Origin: Oculina patagonica
Lineage: Eukaryota
NCBI RefSeq assembly: GCF_052425735.1
Contig: NC_135770.1
Span: forward strand, 22,196,001-22,260,000
DNA length: 64,000 nucleotides
Direction: 5' to 3'
Positions 40,473 to 52,625 of the stretch are shown here, in pieces (the stretch's first letter is position 1; every line of letters starts with the position of its first letter). The notes under the pieces are model-generated. The model was not told the origin of the DNA, did no database searches, and was given only the letters and a program-made list of their open reading frames with translations. A program made the position numbers and the translations under genes.

Positions 40473-43400
40473 ATGCGCTCATCTCTGAACGTTCGGTTCA
40501 TTCTGCAGCTATCCTGTGTGATCGCGATCGTAACTGCTGATGGCAACGACACCGCACCCGTGTCGACTCCGGCTCCTTCCAAAAAGAGCGAAAAAGCAAT
40601 TATCGTGAACGCGAATGGAAATTCAGGCAGCATTGAGATCGCCAATGTGAAAGATTCACACAACACCGAGAAAGCCATCAAATCTCTTGAAGCAACTTTG
40701 GAGAAAAACTTTGAAAAGCTTATTCGCGTAGTCAATGGCACATCTCGTGGAAAACCCAACGTTGAATCTGGTATAAAATTGTTTCGCTTGTTTGACTTCT
40801 TTTGTTTGTTTCTTGCTAAACTTTATTGCATTCTATCGATCGTGGACAGTTTGTTCTTTGCGTCGTGTAACGAATCGACGTGTATTGCGTCGTGTAAAAG
40901 CCTATAGAATTGTGCCTCTTGTTTGATTTAATCTCTCTGCTTTGTTTCTCGCTTATAACTTTATGGAATTTAATTTTGGGCACGCTCGTACATTGTGCCA
41001 TGTGATGAAGCATCGTATCTTGCATCGTGGAAAAATGTGTTTCTTGTTTTATTTAGTTTCTTTGTCTTGTTTCTAACTTACTTTATTGCATTTTATCTTT
41101 TGCAGGTTCGTCCTTCGCATCGTGTAAAGACATTTACGCGAACCATAAGTAAGTTGTTAGGTTGCAATATATAAGTATCAAAGGCACCCAATGAGTAAAA
41201 AAGGAAAAAAGAAAAGAACTTAAAAATGATCAACGAAATAACCGTCTATCTTTTGTGCTTTTTTAGTAAGTTGTGACAAAAAATCTAGATTTCATATTTA
41301 TGAACAATCCTTACCTTTGACCACCGCAGTTTTTTCGTTGTCATATTTTTAAAACATCTTTTTAATCACTAAATTTCGATAAATTTCTTGTAGAAAAAGA
41401 CCTTTTGAGAAAGCTCTAAATATAAATTTTCCTTATTTTTTCTTGCACGAGTAACCATCGAAAGGTCTTGGAGAAAGTATTATGCAGATGTGGTTTACTT
41501 TTCATTTATTTCTTCTTATTTTTTTGTAATCAGGTCGCAGGGGAATAAAGCTTACTTACTCCAAATAAACTCTCGGAAGGTCCCTGTTTTTTGTCACATG
41601 ACAATTCATGGCCTTGGAGCATGCGGTGGTGGTGGATGGACGCTGGTCATGAAAATTGACGGCGCTAAGGTAAAACGTGACACTCGAGCTCACTAATCTA
41701 AAATAATGTAATCTAAAACATTGTCAAACATTATGACGTATTCTTGTGGCGTTATGTTTAAGTGACAATATTCGGAGTATCGGCGTTGTGTTTTTCTTTG
41801 AAGGCAGAAGGATTCGATTGAAACTTGTAGTTCCCTTACAAAGAATCAACAAAACCAGCGCTTGTTACCTTGACTATAACTTAAGAAGCGTAAAGTCTTC
41901 CTAAACAATTTTTGTGACAAAATGTTATCCAAGGTAAAATAACGTTCTACGGTTTTTAAGGTCGCGCAGGACCATTGCTCATTAATAAATTCATTAGCCA
42001 AATTTCTTGCCGAGGTGCTATCTTGTAATGCTTTAATTCGCTATATTTTGAACATCGATTCCTCTAAAATTTATCAAGGATATTAGGGGATGATGGAATG
42101 ACATTATGATTGTTCTAATACTGAGAGATCACCGTTGACTGTGATGTTACCAGTCCTTAAATGTTTAACTGCAGATAATACGGTTTTGTGTCCAAGTTTT
42201 CAGCTAGCACAGCGCACCAAATTTAATGATTATACAACCTAGTGATAGATCATAACCTCTTTTGTGCTATGACTAGAACGAAATTTTCGATTTCAAAAAC
42301 TGCTACAAGTTAATGGCTTCCAAGAGAGTAAAAATTTGAAATTTAAACTTTGAAACATGCTATTTTCATTTTGAGAAAGAAATTTAAAAATTCGCTCTAG
42401 TCATAGCACAATAGAGTACACCAAGTTTACGTTCCGAATCAACTCTTGAAATTCTATGTCGGCGGAGAAAACTTGGACACAAAACTGCAGATTTCGAGGC
42501 TTCCGAAGATCTTCCGAGTCAATGTTTACAACAACGTGTGATATATTCAAAGCTGTGAATCTAATTATTCTAATTTGCCATGTTCCAGCGCACGGGGCAC
42601 AAAGCTGAGAACAATTGCTGCTAATTAATTGTACAAAGAACTTTAAAAACAAACAATCTTATGAATATTTCGTTTGTTGTCGGCTTCAGTCGTCGCAGTT
42701 CGTGTATACTCTTTAAATAAATACATACTAATGATTGCAAGGGTCCTGCGCGACCTTAAAGGTGCTGTGTAGTTTCTATGAAATCATCTCAAGATCTCAA
42801 ACAATTAAAGAAAATCCTTTTATTGGGATGGTGTAACTCTCCGTTTGTATTACATATCGCGATTTTTGTTTTTATTCTCGTTAGGCAACTTTTCGTTACG
42901 ATTCCCAACTCTGGAGCAACAAGATCGACTTTAATCTTCCAGGAGGAATGACTGGTTTTGACCACCATGAAGCCAAGTTACCGACCTACTGGAACACACC
43001 TTTTTCAAAGATTTGTCTTGGTATGAAGATCGGCCATCAAATCAACTTCGTTACCATCGACAAGCAGGCCAACTCTTTGTACTCACTGATTGCTGACGGG
43101 CAATACCGCGCCACCTCACTGGGTCGTAGTACGTGGAAGACGCTGATTGGTTCACAGGCCTCCTTACAGAGCCACTGTGACATGGAAGGATTCAATGCAG
43201 GGGTTCATGGTGGCTATTCTAAAGCAAGGATCGGTATCATTAGTAACAACGAAAATGACTGCAAAACAACTAATTCCAGAATCGGCTTTGGTACAGGAGG
43301 GCACCCTGATGGCTCCAATACGTGTGGGAACGCGGCCGCCGGCAGTCCTGATAATGGAGACAAAAGCATCAAAGTCTTGGGATACATCTTGGTCCAGTGA
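40473..43400 (+). CDS. Secreted fibrinogen/intelectin-like (USOMP5-like) protein, 4 exons, ~330 aa
   Basis: Exons 40473-40770 (signal peptide + linker), 41106-41148 (SCKDIY), 41534-41669 ([19 protein letters not shown]), 42885-43400; intact frame. Confidence 0.9.
41960..42755. mobile_element. Kolobok-like MITE (TTAA TSD)
   Basis: ggtcgcgcaggacc / ggtcctgcgcgacc TIRs, TTAA on both sides; empty site in the paralogous intron at ~32455. Confidence 0.85.
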
Positions 43401-44428
43401 CATTAGAACTTAACTAGTAATTATAGATGATATCGACTGATACATTTAAGTTGTATCTCAGTATGCGAGTTAAGAAACAGAGGTCAATTAGAATGTACGA
43501 CAAATAAACATTGGTGTTGGGAATACACGTGTATCCGACTAACATTTTGGTGTGATACAAGAAAGCCCTGCACATATATACGGATGAGCTCAATCCCAAG
43601 ACGCTTGCAATTTGTTTTTACCCTGACGACGAAGAGTTTAATAGTCTAAGAGATGAAGTAGCGAAGGCCTCTCGATTTTATCGCGCAAAGTTCCCGTTAG
43701 TAGTAAAGTTTTTCTTTTGCATCCTTCGTGAGAATTAAACAATATCCCTCGTTTCCTTTGAAATAAATGACCATGTGCCTTTTACCCAAAATCCCTGGGA
43801 GGTCCTTTAGTAGCCGTATGATGCAGTCGGTTCGGGCTTAATAGCGACTGTCTGTAAATATATATGGAGAATCCCGCGACAGGACAGGAAACTCAAATTG
43901 TTTTATACTTCCTCAAAAATACCCTTACCCTTACCCTTACCCTTGTTAAAGTAATCATTCAAAAAATTACTACCTTCAGTTGCTTCTAAAATTTCCAATT
44001 TATTATTTTGTGATTTTCAGTCCCAGTTACCCAAATCCCATTTTCCCAGCGAAAATTTTCCCAAATCCAAGTTCCTATTTAATCCCATCAGGCTCCTCTT
44101 TATATGATAAAATTATATGCGCAAAACAGAATTAGTAAATTCTTGAAATTCAGCAAACGCTGGAGTGGAGAGCCATTAACTTTTTTAAATTTGACCATTT
44201 TTAAATTTAACCATTTTTTGTCAAGAAGAGCCAAAGTGTTTGCATGAAAAAAAAAAAAAAAAAAAAATTGGCTCGTCACCGGGGTCCCGTCTCCCTTCAC
44301 CCAGGGTCACCCTAGCCCCCGAGCCAACTTGGAAATTTCTCATATAAACGGTTCGCTGTTATTTATAAAGGAATTCATAAAAAGCTTTCTTGTCTGAGGT
44401 GGCTCCGTACGGAGAGTAACCCTAATAA

Positions 44429-44575
44429 CAGTGGCGGATGCAGACCTTCAGATAAGTAGGGGGTCCCATCATCCAGACCTTGCAATAAGAAGGGGCCTAC
44501 TCTCAAAAATAGTTCTTCTCTTCCCTACGGGCCTCTATTTGGCCTCTCCGGGCCCCTCCCTAAGATCCGCCACTG
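44429..44575. mobile_element. Short hAT-like MITE
   Basis: cagtggcggat ... atccgccactg. Confidence 0.55.
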
Positions 44576-44796
44576 TACCAGGGACAACTTTTCTCAATAT
44601 AACTGAACTGAGAGCAACTTTTCTTTTTTGATGTGAGATCAAAGTAGGTCCCTTGCATACAGTCAAACGATTTTGTGTTGAACGTCTCTCTAGTTTGCAG
44701 GGTTGTGGAAACAAATTTGAGCTACATACTGGCCTTTTATAATTCTTTTATAATAAGTGTTTTCAAATACAATTGACCTGTTACGTTTTTCCCAGT

Positions 44797-45125
44797 TCTC
44801 TGCCACATGACGAGTCATGGCCTTGGAGCTTGCGGTGGTGGTGGATAGACGCTGGTCATGAAAATCGATGGTGCTAAGGTGAAAAATGACATATTGTTTA
44901 TCGTATCAAGAGCAATATAAAATGATTAAAAAAATGCATTACTAAATCAGATTGACTTCAGGCTAAGTACTTGAATTTTATGTCGCGCTTTTTAATTTTT
45001 ATTTCAGTTAGACAACCTTTCGTTACGGTTCCCAACTCTGGAGCAAAGTAGAAGGAAAGTTTGGGTTTGACAATCACGAAACAAGTTGCCGAGCTACTGG
45101 AACACATCCTTCTCCAAGATTTGCA
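44797..45125 (+). pseudogene. Fragmentary USOMP5-like paralog (exon 3 and exon 4 pieces)
   Basis: [26 protein letters not shown] (TGG>TAG), then a deleted/frameshifted [23 protein letters not shown]. Confidence 0.8.
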
Positions 45126-46223
45126 TGCATGCAAAAAACTTGACTGTTCTCGACCAAGGATCTTCTCAAAAAAATTACAAACCCATCTCTCCTCAACCTT
45201 CGCGCCATATTTATCACTCAGTTTTTATTATGCTTATCGCTCCGCTATCCGGAAAGGAAATACTATTTCCTTTTGAAACAGCTGCTTGTTCAGTGTATTT
45301 CATGACCGGGTCTTATTTACGGGAAAGCGAAATCATGTTCAGAGAATGAGAAATTTAAAGTGGTTTCTAGTGACGTAAAAATAGGCCAAGTTTGATATTT
45401 TAAGAGGCTTGGGCTATATAACAAAAGAAATGATTTATTCATCACTCGAAATTGACTGCTGTATTTCCCTAGGAAGCCAAGTCAGAATTAATTGTAATAT
45501 ATCGAAATTGGCCCAGAAATTTTGCCTTAACTCTAATAGGAATGGTAACCCGCGACAATTGTTAATTTTGCCTTACCCTTTCAATAAGTTGACAATTATT
45601 CCCGGCCCGAGTTTACTGGGTTGGTTTCTGTACTTTAAAGTATTACATATAAAATTCACAACGACTGAGGTTAATACATTCCCTTTTGTCGAGACAAATC
45701 TAAACGTAAACTCAAAATGATACATTTCAATGAAATAGAAACCTAGAATATTGCTCGAAATGAGACACAGAAATAATACATTGAGATTTCACTCAATAAT
45801 TTATAATGACTATGGAATAGTGGAGCTATCCGTTAATTTATGCCCTTCATACAAATAACATGAACATTAAGACATTGCTATAGCTAAATAAATTGAATGA
45901 ATGAATAAATGAACGAATGAGCTAGTGAAGATTTTATTCAGATAGACCGTATATAAATAAAAATTCTCCTTAGCTTTCTTCTTGCCATATCCTGATTTCT
46001 AAATAAAACACCGTTGTTGTGATAAAAATTGGAGAAACCATACAAATGTCAAGTGAACCATGCTAATGCAGAGCTCAATTACAACATCATCGAGTAACAA
46101 ACGAATTCAAGGAATAAGCAGCAACTGACACAGCAGACGTTCAGAATTCGGATCAATATTCTTTTCTGGGAAACAACGACGATAAAATGTGATCGAGTAC
46201 CAATACATAAGTAGTGCACGAAT

Positions 46224-46378
46224 ACTTTTTATCCACTCGATAACTTTTTATCGACTCGATATCTTTTTATCGACTCGATTACTTTTTATCGACTCGATAA
46301 CTTTTTATAATAGATTCGATTAATTTTTATCGTCACGATTACTTTGTTAGATTCGATTAAGTTTTTATCGACTCGATT
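46224..46378 (+). repeat. Left subterminal ~19-20-bp repeats (ttttatcgactcgat..)
   Basis: About 8 copies, mirrored in inverse orientation at 59958-60090. Confidence 0.85.
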
Positions 46379-49351
46379 TTGTCCAGTTCCCAGGTCTTAC
46401 CGGTATTATTGACGTGAAAAAGTTGAGAAAGACTGGTACTTTTGCACCACGCGTACAGTCCTGGGAACGAGGTTAATGAATAAAAAATGTCATGGCGGGG
46501 AAAGTGGAGGAGTAATTTGAAGAAGTTTAACTTCGTGTAGCTTGCAGTATGCAGGAAGGGATTATCTCTCGACCTTTTGAATTGGATTAAGGTAATCTTT
46601 GTTGAACTTTTTTTAAGTATTTAGTGGATATATCATTTTATTGTGTTGTATTCGATGTCCTGTTGAGCTTCAACCAGTGTGTGCTTTAACTTGAATTGAT
46701 GCTAGTTTCATTTCAAAAAAGTTTTGAATTTTTTCGGCTCAGTCTTGTACATGGGTATGATTTTCTTTTTTGTTTTAATGCCTTAAAAAACGTTTACATA
46801 AAAGTATGGAAGTATTATTCCTTATTAAATGTTTGGTTTTGTATTGCATAGTTGCCTGCAGTGCATTCAAGACGTATATATTTTGGATGGCAATTTAGCA
46901 GGTAATTTTTAATCCCAATCACCCCCACCTGTCCCTGCCGTGAGAGGAAGATTATGTCCCTTGTGACCTCTCTTAAAAAAAGTAAGGTCGAATCCCTTTC
47001 AGCCTTGTTTCACCCCAGAGACAAGTCACAAATGTTTTGAAAATATATAATACTTTTAATTAGATAAAGAATGGCTTTTACAGTTAAGCTTACATACTAA
47101 AGAAAACAATCTATTGTGGATATAAAAATATTTTAATGCCACCAACCAGGTGTAAAAAAAACTTTGACTTTTAAGCACTAACTCTTCAAGAGCATCATTA
47201 GATGTAAATGTAATGTGAATGTACATGCTGAGTTTATCCAAATAAGTTGATTTTGAAATTCCTATCAGATATCAAATTTGCAAAACGGTTGTCAGCACGG
47301 ACACTACAGAAAAAATTGTAAGCTGAAAACAATAAATTATTTACTCATCATTGCAAAAAATCAAACAAAGAGTGGCACATGATACATAGCTAGCTCCCTT
47401 CATTTAAGGAAATTATCAGAGACTCCATTTCTAGACTATCCTTTATAATTTTTAAATGCATAAAAGATATGCTTGTTAATGCAAAACTATAACAACGTCC
47501 ATGATAAAAACATGGTACATTTTTTTTTTTAGTTCCACAAATTTTTTTTTTTTGAAAAGTTAAGCATTACTTTTTCAAGTTGCGGTATGTTTCCTATCAA
47601 GCTATCCACTGCCAAATATGCTTGTTAACATAACATTAATTGATATGTTATTTCTGTGCTCTAACAATAGCAACTTGAAATTAAATGATTTTTACTTTAA
47701 GTTTTCTGTCACTTAAATTTATTTTATTTTTTTAATTAGCTGTTCAAAACTCTGGTAAATACAGAAAAAATATGTGACATAGTCCCTTCAACTTTGTATG
47801 CTGTTGCAGTATGCTTACAATGTATGTGCTTGAAAATTATTTTTATTATGGTATAAATAATTAATTGTTGTCTTTGTTCTTTTTAATTTTTTTCCTTTGG
47901 GCTCCTGATCTTTTTTCTCTCTTTCTTTTCCTGTTAATGTCCTCCTTCTCTGCATCTCTTTCTTCTTCTTCTTTCTTTCTTTTATCTTCTTCCTGTTCTA
48001 CATCTTCTTTCTCATCAACTTTATCCTTCTGTTCCTCGTCATTCTTAATTTCTTTGTTGTCTTCCTTCTCATTTCCCTCAGACTTTTCATCTTTCTCTTC
48101 CCATTCTTTGTCTTCTACGTGTTCACTATTGTGTTGTTCTTGATCTGCTACATCCTGCTTGCCCTCTTCTCTTTTTTTCGTTTTTCTTTCTTTCCGTTTC
48201 ATTCTTATTTTCTTTTCTTGGTGTTTCTTTTTTCTTTTTATTTTGAGTTTTCTGTTGGCATCTTTTTCTTCTTCTGTGCTCTTTCTTTTCTTTTTTCCTA
48301 CTCTCTTTACATTTTCATCTATACAGAAAAAAAAAATTGTTTGGCATTACAAACTGATGCAAACATCATAATCACATGTAGCCTGGAATGTCTTTCATAT
48401 CCATAATTTATCTGATAATAGATACCAGGGATGTATAGTTAACAATACATGACTTTGTTTGTTTAAATGGTATACATTTAAACTCTTATGGGGCTAATCA
48501 AACAGGCATCATATTTTTGTTATGTATAAGCAATACACCTTATTCATTAATGGTGGATTGGGTGGAAGTGTTTAGGTAGAGTGCATGAAAGTGAGGCGAG
48601 TGAGTCTTCTGCTTCAAACCAAAACAAGAAAAGTATTGCGATTTGAATACTTAGTATTTGACAATTCTGTTGTGGGGGGTAGGTTGGAAATCGGAATTTC
48701 AAGTGATGAGGATTAACAATAAATTTTTATTAGTTGCAAGTCTTCTTCTTCAAAATACCTTTGCAAAGCCTTCAACATAATGGTTGTTTACACTTTTTGC
48801 ACAGAACAATGAAGCCAATGCAATTGGTAACAATTTTTTAAATCATATTTTATTACCACCAAATAAACTGTTTGTGCCAAATTTTCCTGTCTACAAACAG
48901 ATTCTAATCCTCACTTGAAATGTCATTTACCCCCATTCGAAAGAAAGAAAGGTTTGCCTGTATCTTCACAGAGTTTAAACTAACCTTCTACAGTGGATTC
49001 CAATATCTCTGTTTCATTCTGGGGTAAATTTCCTCTGAAGGATACCTGCAATGAAATATAGGGAAGGGAAGTATGCTGCTTGAATGAGTCACTTGTTTAT
49101 CCATTTTCAAGCAAGTTACTCATTTCTCATTTGTGCAGCATACTCCCCTTCATGCTCTTTATCATGTAGTTTATACAAATCATTAATTTTTTTTTAAATT
49201 TACAATGTGAAAGAGAGCTCTTATGACAATAAACTGGTGTTAAGAGCAATATATCTAACATTCAATGACATATCAAATATCAATATGTTTTACTTTTTGT
49301 TGATCAGCATCTTATTCAATTTTAGTCTGGTCACTTTTAATTCTCAATTAT

Positions 49352-52300
49352 CAGTGGCAGTAATTCCCAAGTATCGGGTCAAAAACCCCTCGTCTCTAAA
49401 GTAGCATTAGTTCCCAAGTCCCGGTCTTAAAAAGCCTCGTCCCTGGAGTAGCATTACTGGCAGTAATTCCCAAGTATCGGGTCTTAAAAAGCCTCATCCC
49501 TGGAGTAGCATTACTGGCACTAATTCCCAAGTACCGGGTCAAAAAAGCCTCGTCCCTGGAGTAGCATTAGTTCCCAATTATCGGGGCTTAAAAAGACTCA
49601 TCCCTAGAGTAGCATTAATGGCAGTAATTCCCAAGTATCGGGCTTAAAAAGCCTCCTCCCTGGAGTAGCATTACTGGCAGTAATTCCCAAGTATCGGGCT
49701 TAAAAAGCCTCGTCCCTGGAGTAGCATTACTGGCAGTAATTCCCAAGTATTGGGCTTAAGAAGCCTCGTCCCTGGAGTAGCATTAGTGGTAGTAATTCCC
49801 AAGTATCTGGCTTAAAAAGCCTCCTCCCTGGAGTAGCATTAGTTCCCAATTATCGGGGCTTAAAAAGACTCATCCCTAGAGTAGCATTAATGGTAGTAAT
49901 TCCCAAGTATCGGGCTTAAAAAGCCTCGTCCCTGGAGTAGCATTACTGGCAGTAATTCCCAAGTATCGGGCTTAAAAAGCCTCGTCCCTGGAGTAGCATT
50001 ACTGGCAGTAATTTCCAAGTATTGGGCTTAAGAAGCGTCGTCCCTGGAGTAGCATTAGTGGTAGTAATTCCCAAGTATCGGGCTTAAAAAGCCTCGTCCC
50101 TGGAGTAGCATTACTGCAGTAATTTCCAAGTATCGGGCTTAAGAAGCCTCGTCCCTGGAGTAGCATTAGTGGTAGTAATTCCCAAGTATCGGGCTTAAGA
50201 AGCCTCGTCCCTGGAGTAGCATTACTGGCAGTAATTTCCAAGTATCGGGCTTAAAAAGCCTCGTCCCTGGAGTAGCATTAGTGGTAGTAATTCCCAAGTA
50301 TCGGGCTTAAGAAGCCTCGTCCCTGGAGTAGCATTAGTGGTAGTAATTTCCAAGTATCGGGCTTAAGAAGCCTCGTCCCTGGAGTAGCATTAGTGGTAGT
50401 AATTTCCAAGTATCGGGCTTAAGAAGCCTCTTCCCTGGAGTAGCATTACTGGCAGTAATTTCCAAGTATCGGGCTTAAGAAGCCTCGCCCCTGGAGTAGC
50501 ATTACTGGCAGTAATTCCCAAGTATCGGGCTTAAAAAGCCTCGTCCCTGGAGTAGCATTAAAAGGCAGTAATTCCCAAGTATCGGGCTTAAAAAGCCGCG
50601 TCCCTGGAGTAGCATTACTGGCAGTAATTCCCAAGTATCGGGCTTAAAAAGCCTCGTCCCTGGAGTAGCATTAGTGGTAGTAATTCCCAAGTATCGGGCT
50701 AAAAAAGCCTCATCCCTGGAGTAGCATTAGTGGTAGTAACTCCCAAGTATCGGGCTTAAAAAGCCTCGTCCCTGGAGTAGCATTAGTGGTAGTAACTCCC
50801 AAGTATCGGGCTTAAAAAACCTCGTCCCTGGAGTAGCATTAGTGGTAGTAATTCCCAAGTATCGGGCTAAAAAAGCCTCATCCCTGGAGTAGCATTAGTG
50901 GTAGTAACTCCCAAGTATTGGGCTTAAAAAGCCTCATCCCTGGAGTAGCATTAGTGGTAGTAATTCCCAAGTATCGGGCTTAAAAAACCTCGTCCCTGGA
51001 GTAGCACTAAAAGGCATTAATTCCCAAGTATCGGGTCTTAAAAAGCCTCATCCCTGGAGTAGCATTAGTGGTAGTAACTCCCAAGTATCGGGCTTAAAAA
51101 ACCTCGTCCCTGGAGTAGCATTAGTGGTAGTAATTCCCAAGTATCGGGCTAAAAAAGCCTCATCCCTGGAGTAGCATTAGTGGTAGTAACTCCCAAGTAT
51201 TGGGCTTAAAAAGCCTCATCCCTGGAGTAGCATTAGTGGTAGTAATTCCCAAGTATCGGGCTTAAAAAACCTCGTCCCTGGAGTAGCACTAAAAGGCATT
51301 AATTCCCAAGTATCGGGTCTTAAAAAGCCTCATCCCTGGAGTAGCATTAGTGGTAGTAATTCCCAAGTATTGTGCTTAAAAAGCCTCGTCCCTGGAGTAG
51401 CATTACTGGCAGTAATTCCCAAGTATTGTGCTTAAAAAGCCTCGTCCCTGGAGTAGCATTACTGGCAGTAATTCCCAAGTATCGGGCTTAAAAAGCCTCG
51501 TCCCTGGAGTAGCATTAGAGGCAGTAATTCCCAAGTATAGGGTCAAAAAAGCCTCATCCCCGGAGTAGCATTAGTGGCAGTAATTCCCAAGTATCGGGTC
51601 AAAAAAGCCTCATCCCTGGGGTAGCATTATTTCCCAAGTACAGGGTCAAAAAAGCCTCATCCCTGGAGTAGCATTAGTGGCAGTAATTCCCAAGTATCGG
51701 GTCAAAAAAGCCTCATCCCTGGGGTAGCATTAGTTCCCAAGTATCGGGTCAAAAAAGCCTTGTCCCTGGAGTAGCATTAGTGGCAGTAATTCCCAAGTAT
51801 CGGGTCAAAAAAAGCCTCATCCCTGGAGTAGCATTAGTTCCCAAGTATCGGGTCAAAAAAGCCTCGTCCCTGGAGTAGCATTACTGGCAGTAATTTCCAA
51901 GTATCGGGCTTAAAAGCCTCGTCCCTGGAGTAGCATTAGTGGTAGTAACTCCCAAGTATCGGGCTTAAAAAGCCTCGTCCCTGGAGTAGCATTAGTGGTA
52001 GTAATTCCCAAGTATCGGGCTTAAAAAGCCTCGTCCCTGGAGTAGCATTAGTGGTAGTAATTCCCAAGTATTGGGCTTAAAAAGCCTCGTCCCTGGAGTA
52101 GCATTAGTGGTAGTAATTCCCAAGTATCGGGCTTAAAAAGCCTCGTCCCTGGAGTAGCATTAGTGGTAGTAATTTCCAAGTATCGGGCTTAAGAAGCCAC
52201 GTCCCTGGAGTAGCATTAAAAGGCAGTAATTTCCAAGTATCGGGCTTAAAAAGCCTCGTCCCTGGAGAAGCATTAAAAGGCAGTAATTCCCAAGTATCGG

Positions 52301-52625
52301 GCTTAAAAAGCCTCGTCCCTGGAGTAGCATTAGTGGTAGTAATTCACAAGTATCGGGCTTAAAAAGCCTCGTCCCTGGAGTAGCATTAGAGACAGTAATT
52401 CCCAAGTATCGGGCTTAAAAAGCCGCGTCCCTGGAGTAGCATTACTGGCAGTAATTCCCAAGTATTGGGTCAAAAAAGCCTCATCCTTGGAGTAGCATTG
52501 TTTCCTAAGTATAGGGTCAAAAAAGCCTCATCCCTGGAGTAGCATTACTGGGACTAATTCCCAAGTATCGGTTCAAAAAAGCCTCATCCCTGGAGTTGCA
52601 TTTAGTTCCCAAGTATTGGGGCTTA
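49352..52625. repeat. 56-bp tandem satellite, ~3.3 kb, roughly 60 units
   Basis: Unit gtaattcccaagtatcgggcttaaaaagcctcgtccctggagtagcatta(ctggca/gtggta); shorter ~47-bp variants near the ends. Confidence 0.97.

Noticed and set aside
43921-43944. (CCCTTA)4 interstitial telomere-like tract
   Set aside because: Only four units and not the TTAGGG repeat; consistent with an ordinary microsatellite
47861-48202. Stand-alone Glu/Lys-rich protein
   Set aside because: Low complexity and frameshifted upstream; better explained as a decayed exon of the cargo gene
49352-52625. CRISPR-like array or repeat-protein ORFs (MGITASNATPG...)
   Set aside because: Units are contiguous with no unique spacers, there are no cas genes and the context is eukaryotic; 56 bp is not a multiple of 3, so the ORFs are incidental
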